Assembly (NCBI GenBank): GCA_963790305.1
Contig: CAWBOC010000005.1
Location: 416,001-480,000 of the forward strand
Direction: 5' to 3'
DNA length: 64,000 bases
Source: an uncultured Gemmatimonadaceae bacterium
Lineage (GTDB): Bacteria; Gemmatimonadota; Gemmatimonadetes; Gemmatimonadales; Gemmatimonadaceae
Positions 1-8,745 of this stretch are shown here, in pieces. Both the position numbers and the translations under genes were made by a program. A model generated the notes under the pieces. It did not search any database and had not been told where the DNA came from. It saw only the letters and a list, made by a program, of their open reading frames with translations. Position 1 is the first letter of the stretch; every line of letters begins with the position of its first letter.

Positions 1-139
1 GGCGGACCTGCCGTTGGGTGAAGATGATCGTGCGGTTGGCGAGTCCGGACTCACGCTGCACCTGGATGATCATCGATCCAGCGTGCGGCGTGTAGATATT
101 GCCGTAGCCTTGGCTTCTGGGGTGGGTAGGGTCCGTCAT
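1..139 (-). CDS. Hypothetical protein, 5' part only (runs off window start)
   Basis: ATG at 139 overlaps the parB stop (ATGA). Open frame MTDPTHPRSQGYGNIYTPHAGSMIIQVQRESGLANRTIIFTQRQVR reaches the window edge. Confidence 0.6.
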   Translation of the reverse strand, partial: MTDPTHPRSQGYGNIYTPHAGSMIIQVQRESGLANRTIIFTQRQVR

Positions 140-1026
140 GTCGTGTCGCGTCGTGAGCCGAGGATAAGGTCGAGCACTCGTTCGAGATCTTCCGCTGAGT
201 AGAACGATATCGCGATACTGCCGCGATAGTCTCGCGACACTGTTATAGCGATGTCGGTCTGGAGGTGCTTCCGAAGCTGGTCTTCCAGACGCTGGATTTC
301 CGAGTAGCTCCGGTTCTGCGTCTTCACGATCGGGTGCCGCTTCTCGGGACGCGCGCGCCGGGCGCGCGCCTCGACGTCGCGGACGGACAGTCCTTTCGCG
401 ACGGCTTCACGCGCGATGTCGGTGATGGTGCGTTCATCCTCGAAGGCGAGAAGCGCACGGGCGTGGCCGAGGGTCAGCTCGCCCTGCTGTACTAGTCTTC
501 GCACGGCTGCGGGTAGCTGGAGAACGCGGAGGGTATTGGCGATGGTCGTGCGGTCCTTCCCGATGATCTCGGCCACGCGCTGTTGAGTCAGCCCGAATTC
601 CTCGATGAGCCGCTGGTACCCTTCTGCTTCCTCGACCGCGTTCAGGTCGGTGCGCTGCAGATTCTCGACAAGAGCGAGGGTGAGCAGCGTGCGATCGTCG
701 ATGTCGCGCACGACGACCGGAATGTCGGTCCATCCGAGCTGTGTCGCGGCGCGAAGGCGCCGTTCTCCGGCGATGAGCTCATAACCGCCGTCGGCGCCCG
801 GCCGAACGACGACAGGCTGCAGCAGGCCGTTGGCCTGAAGGCTCGCCTGAAGCTCGGCAAGGTCCTCGGGGCGGAATTCCTTTCGTGGCTGGTACGGGTT
901 GGCTCGGATCTGCGCGATTGGAACGTGCTGCACCGCCCGGCGTTCGGCGCTCGTGGGGGTGGTCGCGCTGCTGGTGATGAGGGCCTCGAGCCCGCGGCCG
1001 AGTCGGCGTGGCTTATCGACGGACAT
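136..1026 (-). CDS. parB: Chromosome partitioning protein ParB
   Basis: LGRGLEALI N-terminal motif, NPYQPR, IAGERRLRA box II, ENLQR, HTH GKDRTTIANTLR. Start trimmed to MSVDK. Confidence 0.97.
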   Translation of the reverse strand: MSVDKPRRLGRGLEALITSSATTPTSAERRAVQHVPIAQIRANPYQPRKEFRPEDLAELQASLQANGLLQPVVVRPGADGGYELIAGERRLRAATQLGWTDIPVVVRDIDDRTLLTLALVENLQRTDLNAVEEAEGYQRLIEEFGLTQQRVAEIIGKDRTTIANTLRVLQLPAAVRRLVQQGELTLGHARALLAFEDERTITDIAREAVAKGLSVRDVEARARRARPEKRHPIVKTQNRSYSEIQRLEDQLRKHLQTDIAITVSRDYRGSIAISFYSAEDLERVLDLILGSRRDTT

Positions 1027-1093
1027 GGGGGAGGGGCACGATGTGGATCCTCCGGCGTCCGTAAGCGGAGCAGGGTCCGCGGACGCTTTCGGG

Positions 1094-1921
1094 CTAGGTA
1101 CTGACGAGTGTCGGAACTGCGCCGTCACCCTCGCGCTCAGGGCCATCGCCCTCTCGCGCGGGTCGTTCGATGAGCTCCTTCGCGATCGACATATATGCTT
1201 GCGCGCCGATCGAGGCTACGTCGTACAGGAGAATCGGCTTCCCAAAGCTCGGGGCCTCCGCGAGTCGGACATTTCTCGGGACGACCGTTTGGAAGACCTT
1301 GGATCCGAAGTATTCGCGAGCATCAGCGGCCACCTGGCGTGAGAGGTTGAGGCGCGCGTCGTACATGGTGAGGACGACGCCCTCGATTGCCAGGTGCTCG
1401 TTGGGTCCGCGCTGCAGAAGGTGGACGGTATTGAGGAGCTGGGAGATTCCCTCGAGCGCGTAGTACTCGCACTGAAGCGGGATGAGGATCGTGTCCGCCG
1501 CGACGAGCATGTTCACCGTGATGAGGCCGAGCGAAGGCGGGCAGTCGATGAGGATGAAGTCGTAGTCGTCGCGAACGGGCTCGAGGGCTTCGCGCATGGC
1601 GAGCTCGCGGGAGCGATGGTCGACGAGCTCGATTTCGGCGCCCGCCAAGTCAGGGGTCGCGGGTGCGACGTCCAGATGCGTGAACTGAACGGCCTTGACG
1701 ACGACCTCTCCAATCCGCGCCGCGCCAATGAGGGCGTCGTACACGGTGAGGTTCATCTGCTCGCGCGTCACGCCGACGCCGCTCGTCGCATTGCCCTGGG
1801 GATCGCCGTCGAGGAGAAGTGTCTTCTTCTCCGCCGCGGCGAGGCTAGCGGCGAGATTGACGGCGGTGGTCGTCTTGCCTACCCCGCCCTTCTGGTTGGC
1901 GATTGCGATTACACGACCCAC
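1094..1921 (-). CDS. parA: Chromosome partitioning ATPase ParA/Soj
   Basis: Deviant Walker A NQKGGVGKTTT, DPQGNAT, IDCPPSLG, QCEYYALEG, RNVRLAEAPSFG. GTG start at 1921. Confidence 0.97.
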   Translation of the reverse strand: MGRVIAIANQKGGVGKTTTAVNLAASLAAAEKKTLLLDGDPQGNATSGVGVTREQMNLTVYDALIGAARIGEVVVKAVQFTHLDVAPATPDLAGAEIELVDHRSRELAMREALEPVRDDYDFILIDCPPSLGLITVNMLVAADTILIPLQCEYYALEGISQLLNTVHLLQRGPNEHLAIEGVVLTMYDARLNLSRQVAADAREYFGSKVFQTVVPRNVRLAEAPSFGKPILLYDVASIGAQAYMSIAKELIERPAREGDGPEREGDGAVPTLVST

Positions 1922-2022
1922 GCGAGTAGCCCCATTCGGCTCCAGGTTCGGTCGCGGAATATAACCATCGCGACCGTGAGGCAAGCGAGCGTTTGCGACC
2001 ACGCTCAAGGTAATCGTCGGGT

Positions 2023-2065
2023 TGTGTCACGTGGCACACTGCGTTGAGCGTGTCACGTGACACGC
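2023..2065. promoter_or_regulatory. Two parS-like 16-bp palindromes
   Basis: TGTGTCACGTGGCACA (2023-2038) and perfect GCGTGTCACGTGACACGC (2048-2065) upstream of parA. Both resemble the parS consensus TGTTTCACGTGAAACA. Confidence 0.65.
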
Positions 2066-2256
2066 GGGGTAAGGCCGCCGAGGAAACGGCCCCCCACCCA
2101 TGCCAAGCGCGCATTTTAAACAACACTATCACGTCATAATACGGCCATTATCACGTCCTATTAGCGCGCCATGAAGGCGTGAAGCCGCGCCCGAATTAGT
2201 AGCGTGTGCGTACTTAAATGAGAAAGCGACGGTTCGTGGCCAATGCCAGAGGCCAT

Positions 2257-2283
2257 AAAAAAGGGGCCCCATTGGGGCCCCTT
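2257..2283 (-). terminator. Intrinsic terminator after the SIMPL gene
   Basis: GGGGCCCC-ATT-GGGGCCCC hairpin next to A6 on plus (U-tract on minus). Confidence 0.8.
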
Positions 2284-2302
2284 CGCTCATCATCCCGCGC
2301 GC

Positions 2303-3043
2303 CTAACGGGCACCACCGGGAACGAACGCCCAGCGGCCGCCAACCCACACCGTGAGCGTCTGCTGACCGGGCTCGATCGGCGTCTGGGCCGCCCCGACAC
2401 CCGCGTCCATTCGCATGAGTCGCTCGGCGTACACAGGCCGCACCGGTGGTGACTGCGTGTTCAACTCGAGAAGCGCACCAAGCGATCCTCCAGCGGCCCG
2501 CGCCAGCGCGTCCGCGTCGGCGCGCGCCCGCGCGACCGCCTCCGCCAGCGCCGTGCGACGCGCGGCGTCGACGTTCGACGCGAAGAACTGGATCGTGTTC
2601 ACCATGTTGGCACCCGCGGCGAGCGCGGCGTCGATCACCGCGCCGACTTGATCGAGCTGGCGCACCTCGACACGCACCGTGTTGTTCGCGACGTAGCCGA
2701 TGACCCGTGGCGTTTGTGGTCCTTCACGCGGCGGCTCCCGGTTATCGTACTCGGGATAAAGGTTGTACTCGCTGGTGCCGATCTGTGCTGCGGGAATCCC
2801 GCGTGCCTTGATCGCGTCAATGACCGCGCGCGTCTTCCTGGCGTTATCGGCCCCAGCCTGCGCCGCCGTTGCGGCACGTGTCTGCACACCGATGAGCACG
2901 TGCGCGCGATCCGGAGTCACCCGCGCTTCACCGGTCGCCGAAGTGACGATATCCGGCCCCTGCGAGGCGGAGGAGGGTGAACCTTGCTGCGCGGCGACCG
3001 GCGTCGCGGCAGCAAGCAATGAAAACAGCACGAGACGACGCAT
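2303..3043 (-). CDS. SIMPL/DUF541 domain periplasmic protein
   Basis: Signal peptide MRRLVLFSLLAAATPVAA; GEARVTPDRA, GYVANNTVRV, IDAALAAGAN, PIEPGQQ motifs. Confidence 0.9.
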   Translation of the reverse strand: MRRLVLFSLLAAATPVAAQQGSPSSASQGPDIVTSATGEARVTPDRAHVLIGVQTRAATAAQAGADNARKTRAVIDAIKARGIPAAQIGTSEYNLYPEYDNREPPREGPQTPRVIGYVANNTVRVEVRQLDQVGAVIDAALAAGANMVNTIQFFASNVDAARRTALAEAVARARADADALARAAGGSLGALLELNTQSPPVRPVYAERLMRMDAGVGAAQTPIEPGQQTLTVWVGGRWAFVPGGAR

Positions 3044-3109
3044 GAGAGCTCCCTGGCGAAAATGGTTCACCAAGAATCTACACTGCTCGCGTCGTCGAGT
3101 GCCTTCAGG

Positions 3110-5020
3110 CTAGCGTCGTGTCAACCGCCGGCGCTTTCCTACCTCGAGAACCAGGTTCTGCAGGTCGCTCGGCGACACGCCTGGGATGCGCGATGCCTGT
3201 GCCAAGGTCAGTGGCCGAATGGCCGCGAGCTTTTGGCGTGCTTCAAATGAGAGCGACAGCATGTCGTCGTACGCGAGATCCGAATCGAGAGCGAAATCAC
3301 CCATACGGCGTAGCCGGTCCGCCTGATCGCGCTCGCGCGCGAAGTATCCCTCGTACTTGATCTCGAGATCGGCGGTGATCGCGGCGTCGTCAGGCAGATC
3401 GCGTCCGACGCCGGCCGCATCGAGCAGCGTCCGCAGCGATAGATCCTGCCGCTTCGCGAGCTCTACCACCTTCACGGAGTGCTGAATGGGTGCACTGCCG
3501 GCTGCGATGAGCACATCGTTGACGACATCAGGGCGCACACTCGTTTGTTCGGCGAGGTCACGCAGACGCTCCTCGGCCGCCAGCCGCTGCTCCACGACGC
3601 ACGCCTCCTCGTCGGTGAGCATTCCGAGTGAAATGGCGGTGGGGGCCAGTCGCCGGAGCGCATTGTCCTGCCGCACGGTCAGCCGAAACTCGGAGCGCAA
3701 TGTGAAGAGTCGGTACGGCTCATCGACGCCTCGCGTCACCAGATCATCGACGAGCACGCCGATATACGACGACTGCCGGCCGAGGATGAGGGGCGGACGC
3801 TGGAGGGAAAAGAGTGCGGCGTTGATGCCGCCAACGACTCCCTGTCCCGCCGCTTCCTCATATCCGGTCGTGCCATTGATCTGTCCAGCGAAGAACAAGC
3901 CAGGCAGGACCTTTACCTGAAGCGAGGCGTCGAGCTGCGTCGGCGGATAGTAGTCGTACTCGATCGCATACCCGGCACGCGTCATCAGGACGTTCTCGAG
4001 TCCGGGAACTGCGCGAAGGAACTCGAGCTGTACCTCGGGAGGAAGCGAAGTCGACAGACCATTGACGTAGAGCTCGTGCGTGTCGTGCCCTTCGGGCTCG
4101 AGGAATATCTGGTGCCGCTCGACGTCGGGAAACTTCACGATCTTGTCTTCGACCGACGGGCAGTAGCGCGGTCCGCGCGCACCGATCGCGCCGCCATACA
4201 TCGCCGACCGCTCCAGGTTCTCGCGGATGATTCGCTTGACCTCGGATCCGGCATAGGTGATCCAGCAGGGCAGCTGGCGCGGGTGAAGCGCGCGTTCCTC
4301 ATTCGTCCAGAAATGCGACCAGCGAAAGTCGAAGTCCTCGAGCTCGCTTTCCTGGCGCTGAAGATTCGAGTAATCGACGGAACGACCGTCGATACGCGGA
4401 GGCGTGCCCGTCTTGAATCGCGAGACGGTGAGACCCAGGCGCTCGAGCTGCTCCGCCAGGTGGGTCGCGGGGGCATCTCCGGCGCGCCCGCCCGGGATGG
4501 CGGTGCCCGTGCCGATGTGAATGCGACCGCGCAGAAACGTCCCGGTCGTAATGACGATCGCCTTCGCCCCGAACCGCCGGCCTTCCAGTGTCTCGACGCC
4601 GATGATGCGTCCGTTGACCTCGTCAATGAGCAGCCGTGCTACCGTGCCCTGAATCGTCGCCAGGCGGTCGTGTGATTCGAGCAAGGATCGCGCGGCGCGC
4701 CGATACAAACTGCGATCGCATTGAGCTCGAGGTGCCCACACGGCGGGCCCCTTGCTCCGATTGAGCATGCGGAACTGGATCATGGCGAGATCAGTCGCGC
4801 GCCCCATGATACCGCCAAGCGCGTCGACTTCGCGCGCAACGGTGCCCTTTGCGACGCCGCCAATGGCAGGGTTGCACGACATCTGACCGATCGTCTCGAG
4901 CGCGCTCGTGATGAGGCCGACGCGAGCACCAACGCGTGCTGCCGCCACCGCCGCCTCGGTACCGGCATGGCCGCCGCCGACGACCAGCACATCCAGTTCC
5001 ATTTCGGGAGCTCGCGACAT
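3110..5020 (-). CDS. mnmG: tRNA uridine 5-carboxymethylaminomethyl modification enzyme MnmG/GidA
   Basis: VVGGGHAGTEAA, MSCNPAIGG, FKTGTPPR, GPRYCPSVEDK, AGQINGTTGYEEAA. Confidence 0.98.
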   Translation of the reverse strand: MSRAPEMELDVLVVGGGHAGTEAAVAAARVGARVGLITSALETIGQMSCNPAIGGVAKGTVAREVDALGGIMGRATDLAMIQFRMLNRSKGPAVWAPRAQCDRSLYRRAARSLLESHDRLATIQGTVARLLIDEVNGRIIGVETLEGRRFGAKAIVITTGTFLRGRIHIGTGTAIPGGRAGDAPATHLAEQLERLGLTVSRFKTGTPPRIDGRSVDYSNLQRQESELEDFDFRWSHFWTNEERALHPRQLPCWITYAGSEVKRIIRENLERSAMYGGAIGARGPRYCPSVEDKIVKFPDVERHQIFLEPEGHDTHELYVNGLSTSLPPEVQLEFLRAVPGLENVLMTRAGYAIEYDYYPPTQLDASLQVKVLPGLFFAGQINGTTGYEEAAGQGVVGGINAALFSLQRPPLILGRQSSYIGVLVDDLVTRGVDEPYRLFTLRSEFRLTVRQDNALRRLAPTAISLGMLTDEEACVVEQRLAAEERLRDLAEQTSVRPDVVNDVLIAAGSAPIQHSVKVVELAKRQDLSLRTLLDAAGVGRDLPDDAAITADLEIKYEGYFARERDQADRLRRMGDFALDSDLAYDDMLSLSFEARQKLAAIRPLTLAQASRIPGVSPSDLQNLVLEVGKRRRLTRR

Positions 5021-5127
5021 GGTGAGAAAATAGCTCATTGGGGCGCGGAATGCGGAATGCGCAGTTGCGGCCGTCGGGCTGCTCTGCTCACCATTCGCTT
5101 TCAGCCACAGACCGCGTTGGGGTCACG

Positions 5128-5418
5128 ATGCCACTGTCGATTCCGTTCGCCGTTCCGACCATCCTCATTCGCAAAAGCGCGTTCGAGCGCACAGGGCTCA
5201 CGCGTCAGGCCATTGATGAGCGTCTCAATCTCACGCCTGACGAGTTCCGCATCGAAGGAGATCTCATCGCGATCGGGCCGATACCTGGCGAGGAAGAGCT
5301 CACGACCTTTGTCGAAGAGCTGGAACGGGTAGGCCTCGTGTACTACGAGGATTTCTTCGACCTCAGCGGGAACTGGCCCGAATGGCTGAAGGTGTTCGTT
5401 CGGGCCGATAGCGCATAG
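5128..5418 (+). CDS. Small hypothetical protein
   Basis: Compact globular-looking frame ending YYEDFFDLSGNWPEWL; fills the gap after mnmG. Confidence 0.7.
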   Translation: MPLSIPFAVPTILIRKSAFERTGLTRQAIDERLNLTPDEFRIEGDLIAIGPIPGEEELTTFVEELERVGLVYYEDFFDLSGNWPEWLKVFVRADSA

Positions 5419-5425
5419 CGCGCGC

Positions 5426-5698
5426 TTAGTGCCGACGGCTCACCGGTTCTGCAGATCGAGTCACGGGTGTGGCGGGGGTCACCGATCCATGGCGGTGCAG
5501 ACCTTCCCAGTTACAGCGCATGCACCAGCTCGTGCGAAACCACGGCATGAGCGTATTCCAGCCACGGGACTGAACGCGCAGCGTGACGTCGTCACAAATG
5601 GGACAACGATCGCCATCCGGAAGGATGAAGAGGAACACGATCGTGGCCACGACGATGCGCAGCACGAAGAACGCGACGAGAACAACGGCAAAGACCAC
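5426..5698 (-). CDS. Small membrane protein with Zn-ribbon (CPIC...CMRC)
   Basis: Hydrophobic N-terminus followed by two CxxC pairs. Confidence 0.7.
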   Translation of the reverse strand: MVFAVVLVAFFVLRIVVATIVFLFILPDGDRCPICDDVTLRVQSRGWNTLMPWFRTSWCMRCNWEGLHRHGSVTPATPVTRSAEPVSRRH

Positions 5699-5764
5699 GG
5701 CACCACACCCAGTATCAGACTGTAGGCCTTGCTCGAAGATCGAGCGCCGCGAGAACCGTACCGT

Positions 5765-6301
5765 TCAGGGAAGCTCGAGCTGACGCTCGATGGTGCTCCA
5801 CCGCTCGACCCACGCAATGCCGTCCTCTATCCGCTCGATCACGATCTCGGTGCCGATGTCAATGGGTTGTCCATCGAGACTGAGTGCGCGTGCGCGGTGC
5901 CAGGCTCCCTCGACCTGGTAGCTGATCTCGCCAGGGGTACCGTTGCCGATGAGCTGCGTCACCTTCCCAACGAATCCCTGGAAGACATATCGCTCGTCCT
6001 CGGTGTCGCGTCTGGCGGCCGGCACCGCCCAGCCGGCGATCATGGCGACGGCCAATCCCCATCCCGCGAGACCTGCCGCGAGGGCGATAGCCGAGATAGC
6101 CAGAGCACTGAGTGTCGTGTAGCGAGCGAGCGGGTAGCCCACCGCGCCCATGACCGTCACAAAGGCGCCGACGGTAGCGAGGTTGAACAACGACCGAGCG
6201 GTGCGCGGCGGGCTGTCCTTCTGAATGCCGATCAGCATCGCGATCACGCCGAGGACCAGCCCGACGAGAAACAGAACCGCATACGCGAACCGGAGCGTCA
6301 T
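5765..6301 (-). CDS. NfeD-like membrane protein
   Basis: Three hydrophobic helices plus a C-terminal OB-fold-like segment (GKVTQLI..GEISYQ..ARALSLDGQPIDIGTEIVIERIEDGIAWV). Confidence 0.75.
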   Translation of the reverse strand: MTLRFAYAVLFLVGLVLGVIAMLIGIQKDSPPRTARSLFNLATVGAFVTVMGAVGYPLARYTTLSALAISAIALAAGLAGWGLAVAMIAGWAVPAARRDTEDERYVFQGFVGKVTQLIGNGTPGEISYQVEGAWHRARALSLDGQPIDIGTEIVIERIEDGIAWVERWSTIERQLELP

Positions 6302-6310
6302 AATTCTCGA

Positions 6311-7204
6311 TCAGGCGCCTTCGAGATATCGCCGGAACCACGCGAGCGTCGCGGGCCATGCACGGCGCGTCGCCTCGAGATTCGCACCGGACGGCGCCTC
6401 TTGCTGCCGCAGGAAGCCATGTCCGGCGCCGGGAAAGATCTGCGCCTGATACGTCTTGCCCATCACCCTCATGGCGGAGTCGGTTGGCGCGATGGTGGCG
6501 TTGACCCGGGCGTCGTTTTCCCCGTAGAGGCCCAGAACCGGCGCCCGGACGGGCGTTAGGCGACCTGGTTCGGGAGCTGCGCCGTAGTAGGCGACTCCCG
6601 CCCCCAGCGTTGGCGAATGGACGGCGTGATTGAACACCACCGAGCCTCCCCAGCAGAAACCGACGATCCCATATCGCGACACCGCAGCGGGGAGGGCCAT
6701 TCCCCAACGAGCCGTCGCATCAATCCGCCTCTGTATCTGATCGGCATCGAGCCGGCGAATGAGTGCACGGGCGGAATCGACGGGAAGGCTATCGGGATGA
6801 AATACGCCGGTGTATCCGGTCAGGAAATCCGGAGCCACGGCAATGAAACCATCGGCCGCGAGCTGATCGGCGACGCCGCGAATCCAGGTGCTGAGACCGA
6901 AGATCTCGTGCACGACGATGACCACCGGCGCATTCGTGCGGCGCTCAGGGTAGACCACCCAGACGCGAACGCTGTCGTCATTGCCGACTCGGACCATGGC
7001 CCACTCTGCATGCCTGGTCGATGCGGCAAGACGCGTGGTGACATTGGTGGCCCCGGCTGGCAGCCCCGCCGCGGAAGGCTGAGGTGCTGGGGTTGATGCG
7101 ACTGCCTGCGCCGGGTGAGCGGCATGATCCTCGGCCGGCACGATCGATGAGCGCACACAACCCACGAGTGGCACCGCGAGTGTGATCAGGCGGAGAGCGC
7201 GCAT
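6311..7204 (-). CDS. Dienelactone hydrolase family lipoprotein
   Basis: HEIFGL, GFCWGG nucleophile motif, ENDARV, GAGHGF; lipobox LVGC. Confidence 0.92.
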   Translation of the reverse strand: MRALRLITLAVPLVGCVRSSIVPAEDHAAHPAQAVASTPAPQPSAAGLPAGATNVTTRLAASTRHAEWAMVRVGNDDSVRVWVVYPERRTNAPVVIVVHEIFGLSTWIRGVADQLAADGFIAVAPDFLTGYTGVFHPDSLPVDSARALIRRLDADQIQRRIDATARWGMALPAAVSRYGIVGFCWGGSVVFNHAVHSPTLGAGVAYYGAAPEPGRLTPVRAPVLGLYGENDARVNATIAPTDSAMRVMGKTYQAQIFPGAGHGFLRQQEAPSGANLEATRRAWPATLAWFRRYLEGA

Positions 7205-7212
7205 TGAAAACC

Positions 7213-7992
7213 TCAGCGGATGACGAGATCGAAGCGCAGGGGATTGGGCACCTCGTACGTGAAGTGCCACCACTCCTTTTCGTAGTTCTTGAAGCCTTCA
7301 GCCTCCATGAGGAGCACGAGAAGCCGCCGGTTGGAAGCTGCCTCACCGGTTGCGTTCGCCGTATGAGAGGCGGAGGAAAACGTATCGAACGGCGTGCCCA
7401 TGTCGAGCTCCTGGCCATCGCCGCCGATGAGCGTCAGATCGACGGCGAGTCCCAGATTATGTTGGCTGCGAGTCGCGATGTACCCATCCCGAAGCAGCGC
7501 TTGCTGCCCAGTGCGCTGCGCCCATTCGACCATCGCGAGCGTTGCACGCACCGGGCGATACCCGTCGAACACTTTCAACGCCATTCCTTCGTTCCGCGCG
7601 CGCCTTTGGACGCGTGCGAGCGCGGCCGCCGCCTCACGGCGAAGGAGTGCGCGATGCGACTCGTAGCCCGGAAGGGGTGCGCCGGTGAAATTGTTTGCCG
7701 TCGCGTACTTGGCATCCACCATGAAGGTAGGCTCGACCAGACGGATATCGATGAGGTGAGTGCGAGCGGCAGAATCGCTCGCGACGTCGACCTGCGGAGT
7801 GTTCACCGCCGGAGTGGTGACCGGCGGAGTGGTGACCGGCGCGGGGTTCGCCGCCGGAGTCTTGCGCGGCGGATTGCTGACCGGCGGCGAGCTTACCGGC
7901 GGTATATCTGGCTCGTAGCCGGGAGGCGGCTGGACGCACGAGGTGGCGACCGCGAGCGCGACGCCGAGCGAAAGAATCTGGAAGGTTCTCAC
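7213..7992 (-). CDS. ddpX: D-alanyl-D-alanine dipeptidase (M15D, VanX/DdpX family) lipoprotein
   Basis: KYATANNFTG, VFDGYRP, SQHNLGLAVDLT, DMGTPFD, EWWHF; Pro/Thr-rich linker after lipobox. Confidence 0.9.
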   Translation of the reverse strand: MRTFQILSLGVALAVATSCVQPPPGYEPDIPPVSSPPVSNPPRKTPAANPAPVTTPPVTTPAVNTPQVDVASDSAARTHLIDIRLVEPTFMVDAKYATANNFTGAPLPGYESHRALLRREAAAALARVQRRARNEGMALKVFDGYRPVRATLAMVEWAQRTGQQALLRDGYIATRSQHNLGLAVDLTLIGGDGQELDMGTPFDTFSSASHTANATGEAASNRRLLVLLMEAEGFKNYEKEWWHFTYEVPNPLRFDLVIR

Positions 7993-8037
7993 GGGCAGAA
8001 AGGTATCGTGTGCACCGAAGTTGCGCACCGCGGCGTC

Positions 8038-8745
8038 ATGCCGGCTTCACCGCACCGACCACGCATATTCCTGATCTCCCCGGCGACCGCACATGGTCCT
8101 CGAGCGATGCTGCTTCGAAGGCCAGGCTCCGGCTCGGGACTGGCCCGGCGTCTTCGCGAGGAGGGTGTGCCGCTGGGAGACGTGTTCAGCTTCCTGAGTG
8201 GCCTCTACTTTCGAGGGAAGCTCGAGTACGCTCGCGCCTTCGCGCGAGCGCCCGACGTGCACGATGGAATTCACGTCATCACGATGACGGACGGGCTGGT
8301 CTCTCCCGACGCTCGAATCTTCGCCGGGGATCTGGAGCGCTATGCGCGGTGTGCCGATGGAACGGCCGCCGCGGTTGCCGTGCTCGAGCAGACGGCGGTG
8401 AGGTTGTCGGACCGCCTTGGCTCCGAGACGGAGGTCGTGCTCCTCGGCTCCGTGAGCACTGGCAAGTACACCGACCTGCTTGCGCCCATCTTCCGCGATC
8501 GTCTGCTCTTTCCGCGGGATGTGCTGCACATCGGACAGCTGGCCCGGGGTGCGCTCCTCCTTCGCCATGCCCGCGAGCGCCATGAGCTCGACTACATCCC
8601 GGTGAGCGAGATCGTTCGCACCGGCCGCCGCGTGTCGATCAAGGACACTTCGCGTCCGCCACCGGTTGAAGGTGCGATGACAGAAACTCCATCACGCGCC
8701 ACTCGGCCCAGTACAGAGGACGCCAGGGCAGACTCCCCGCAATGA
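8038..8745 (+). CDS. Hypothetical protein
   Basis: 3' part of the long plus ORF reads as a real protein (RIFLISPA, FSFLSGLYFRGKLEYA, VLLGSVSTGKY). Its 5' part is antisense to ddpX. Confidence 0.75.
   Translation: MPASPHRPRIFLISPATAHGPRAMLLRRPGSGSGLARRLREEGVPLGDVFSFLSGLYFRGKLEYARAFARAPDVHDGIHVITMTDGLVSPDARIFAGDLERYARCADGTAAAVAVLEQTAVRLSDRLGSETEVVLLGSVSTGKYTDLLAPIFRDRLLFPRDVLHIGQLARGALLLRHARERHELDYIPVSEIVRTGRRVSIKDTSRPPPVEGAMTETPSRATRPSTEDARADSPQ

Noticed and set aside
1922..2302. oriC call
   Set aside because: Context is suggestive, but no DnaA boxes are recognisable and dnaA is not in the window.
3690..3710. MnmG FTLR instead of the usual FTSR
   Set aside because: A single-base difference that could be a sequencing error; not interpretable without reads.
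7800..7900. 15-nt tandem repeats as a possible CRISPR or VNTR
   Set aside because: They encode the PVTTP linker of the DdpX lipoprotein; no spacers and no cas genes.
7213..7992. VanX as a vancomycin-resistance cluster
   Set aside because: No vanH/vanA/vanRS nearby; a stand-alone lipoprotein dipeptidase.
7204..8037. 5' two-thirds of the 513-aa plus-strand ORF
   Set aside because: Antisense shadow of ddpX; only the part from ATG 8038 looks like a real protein.
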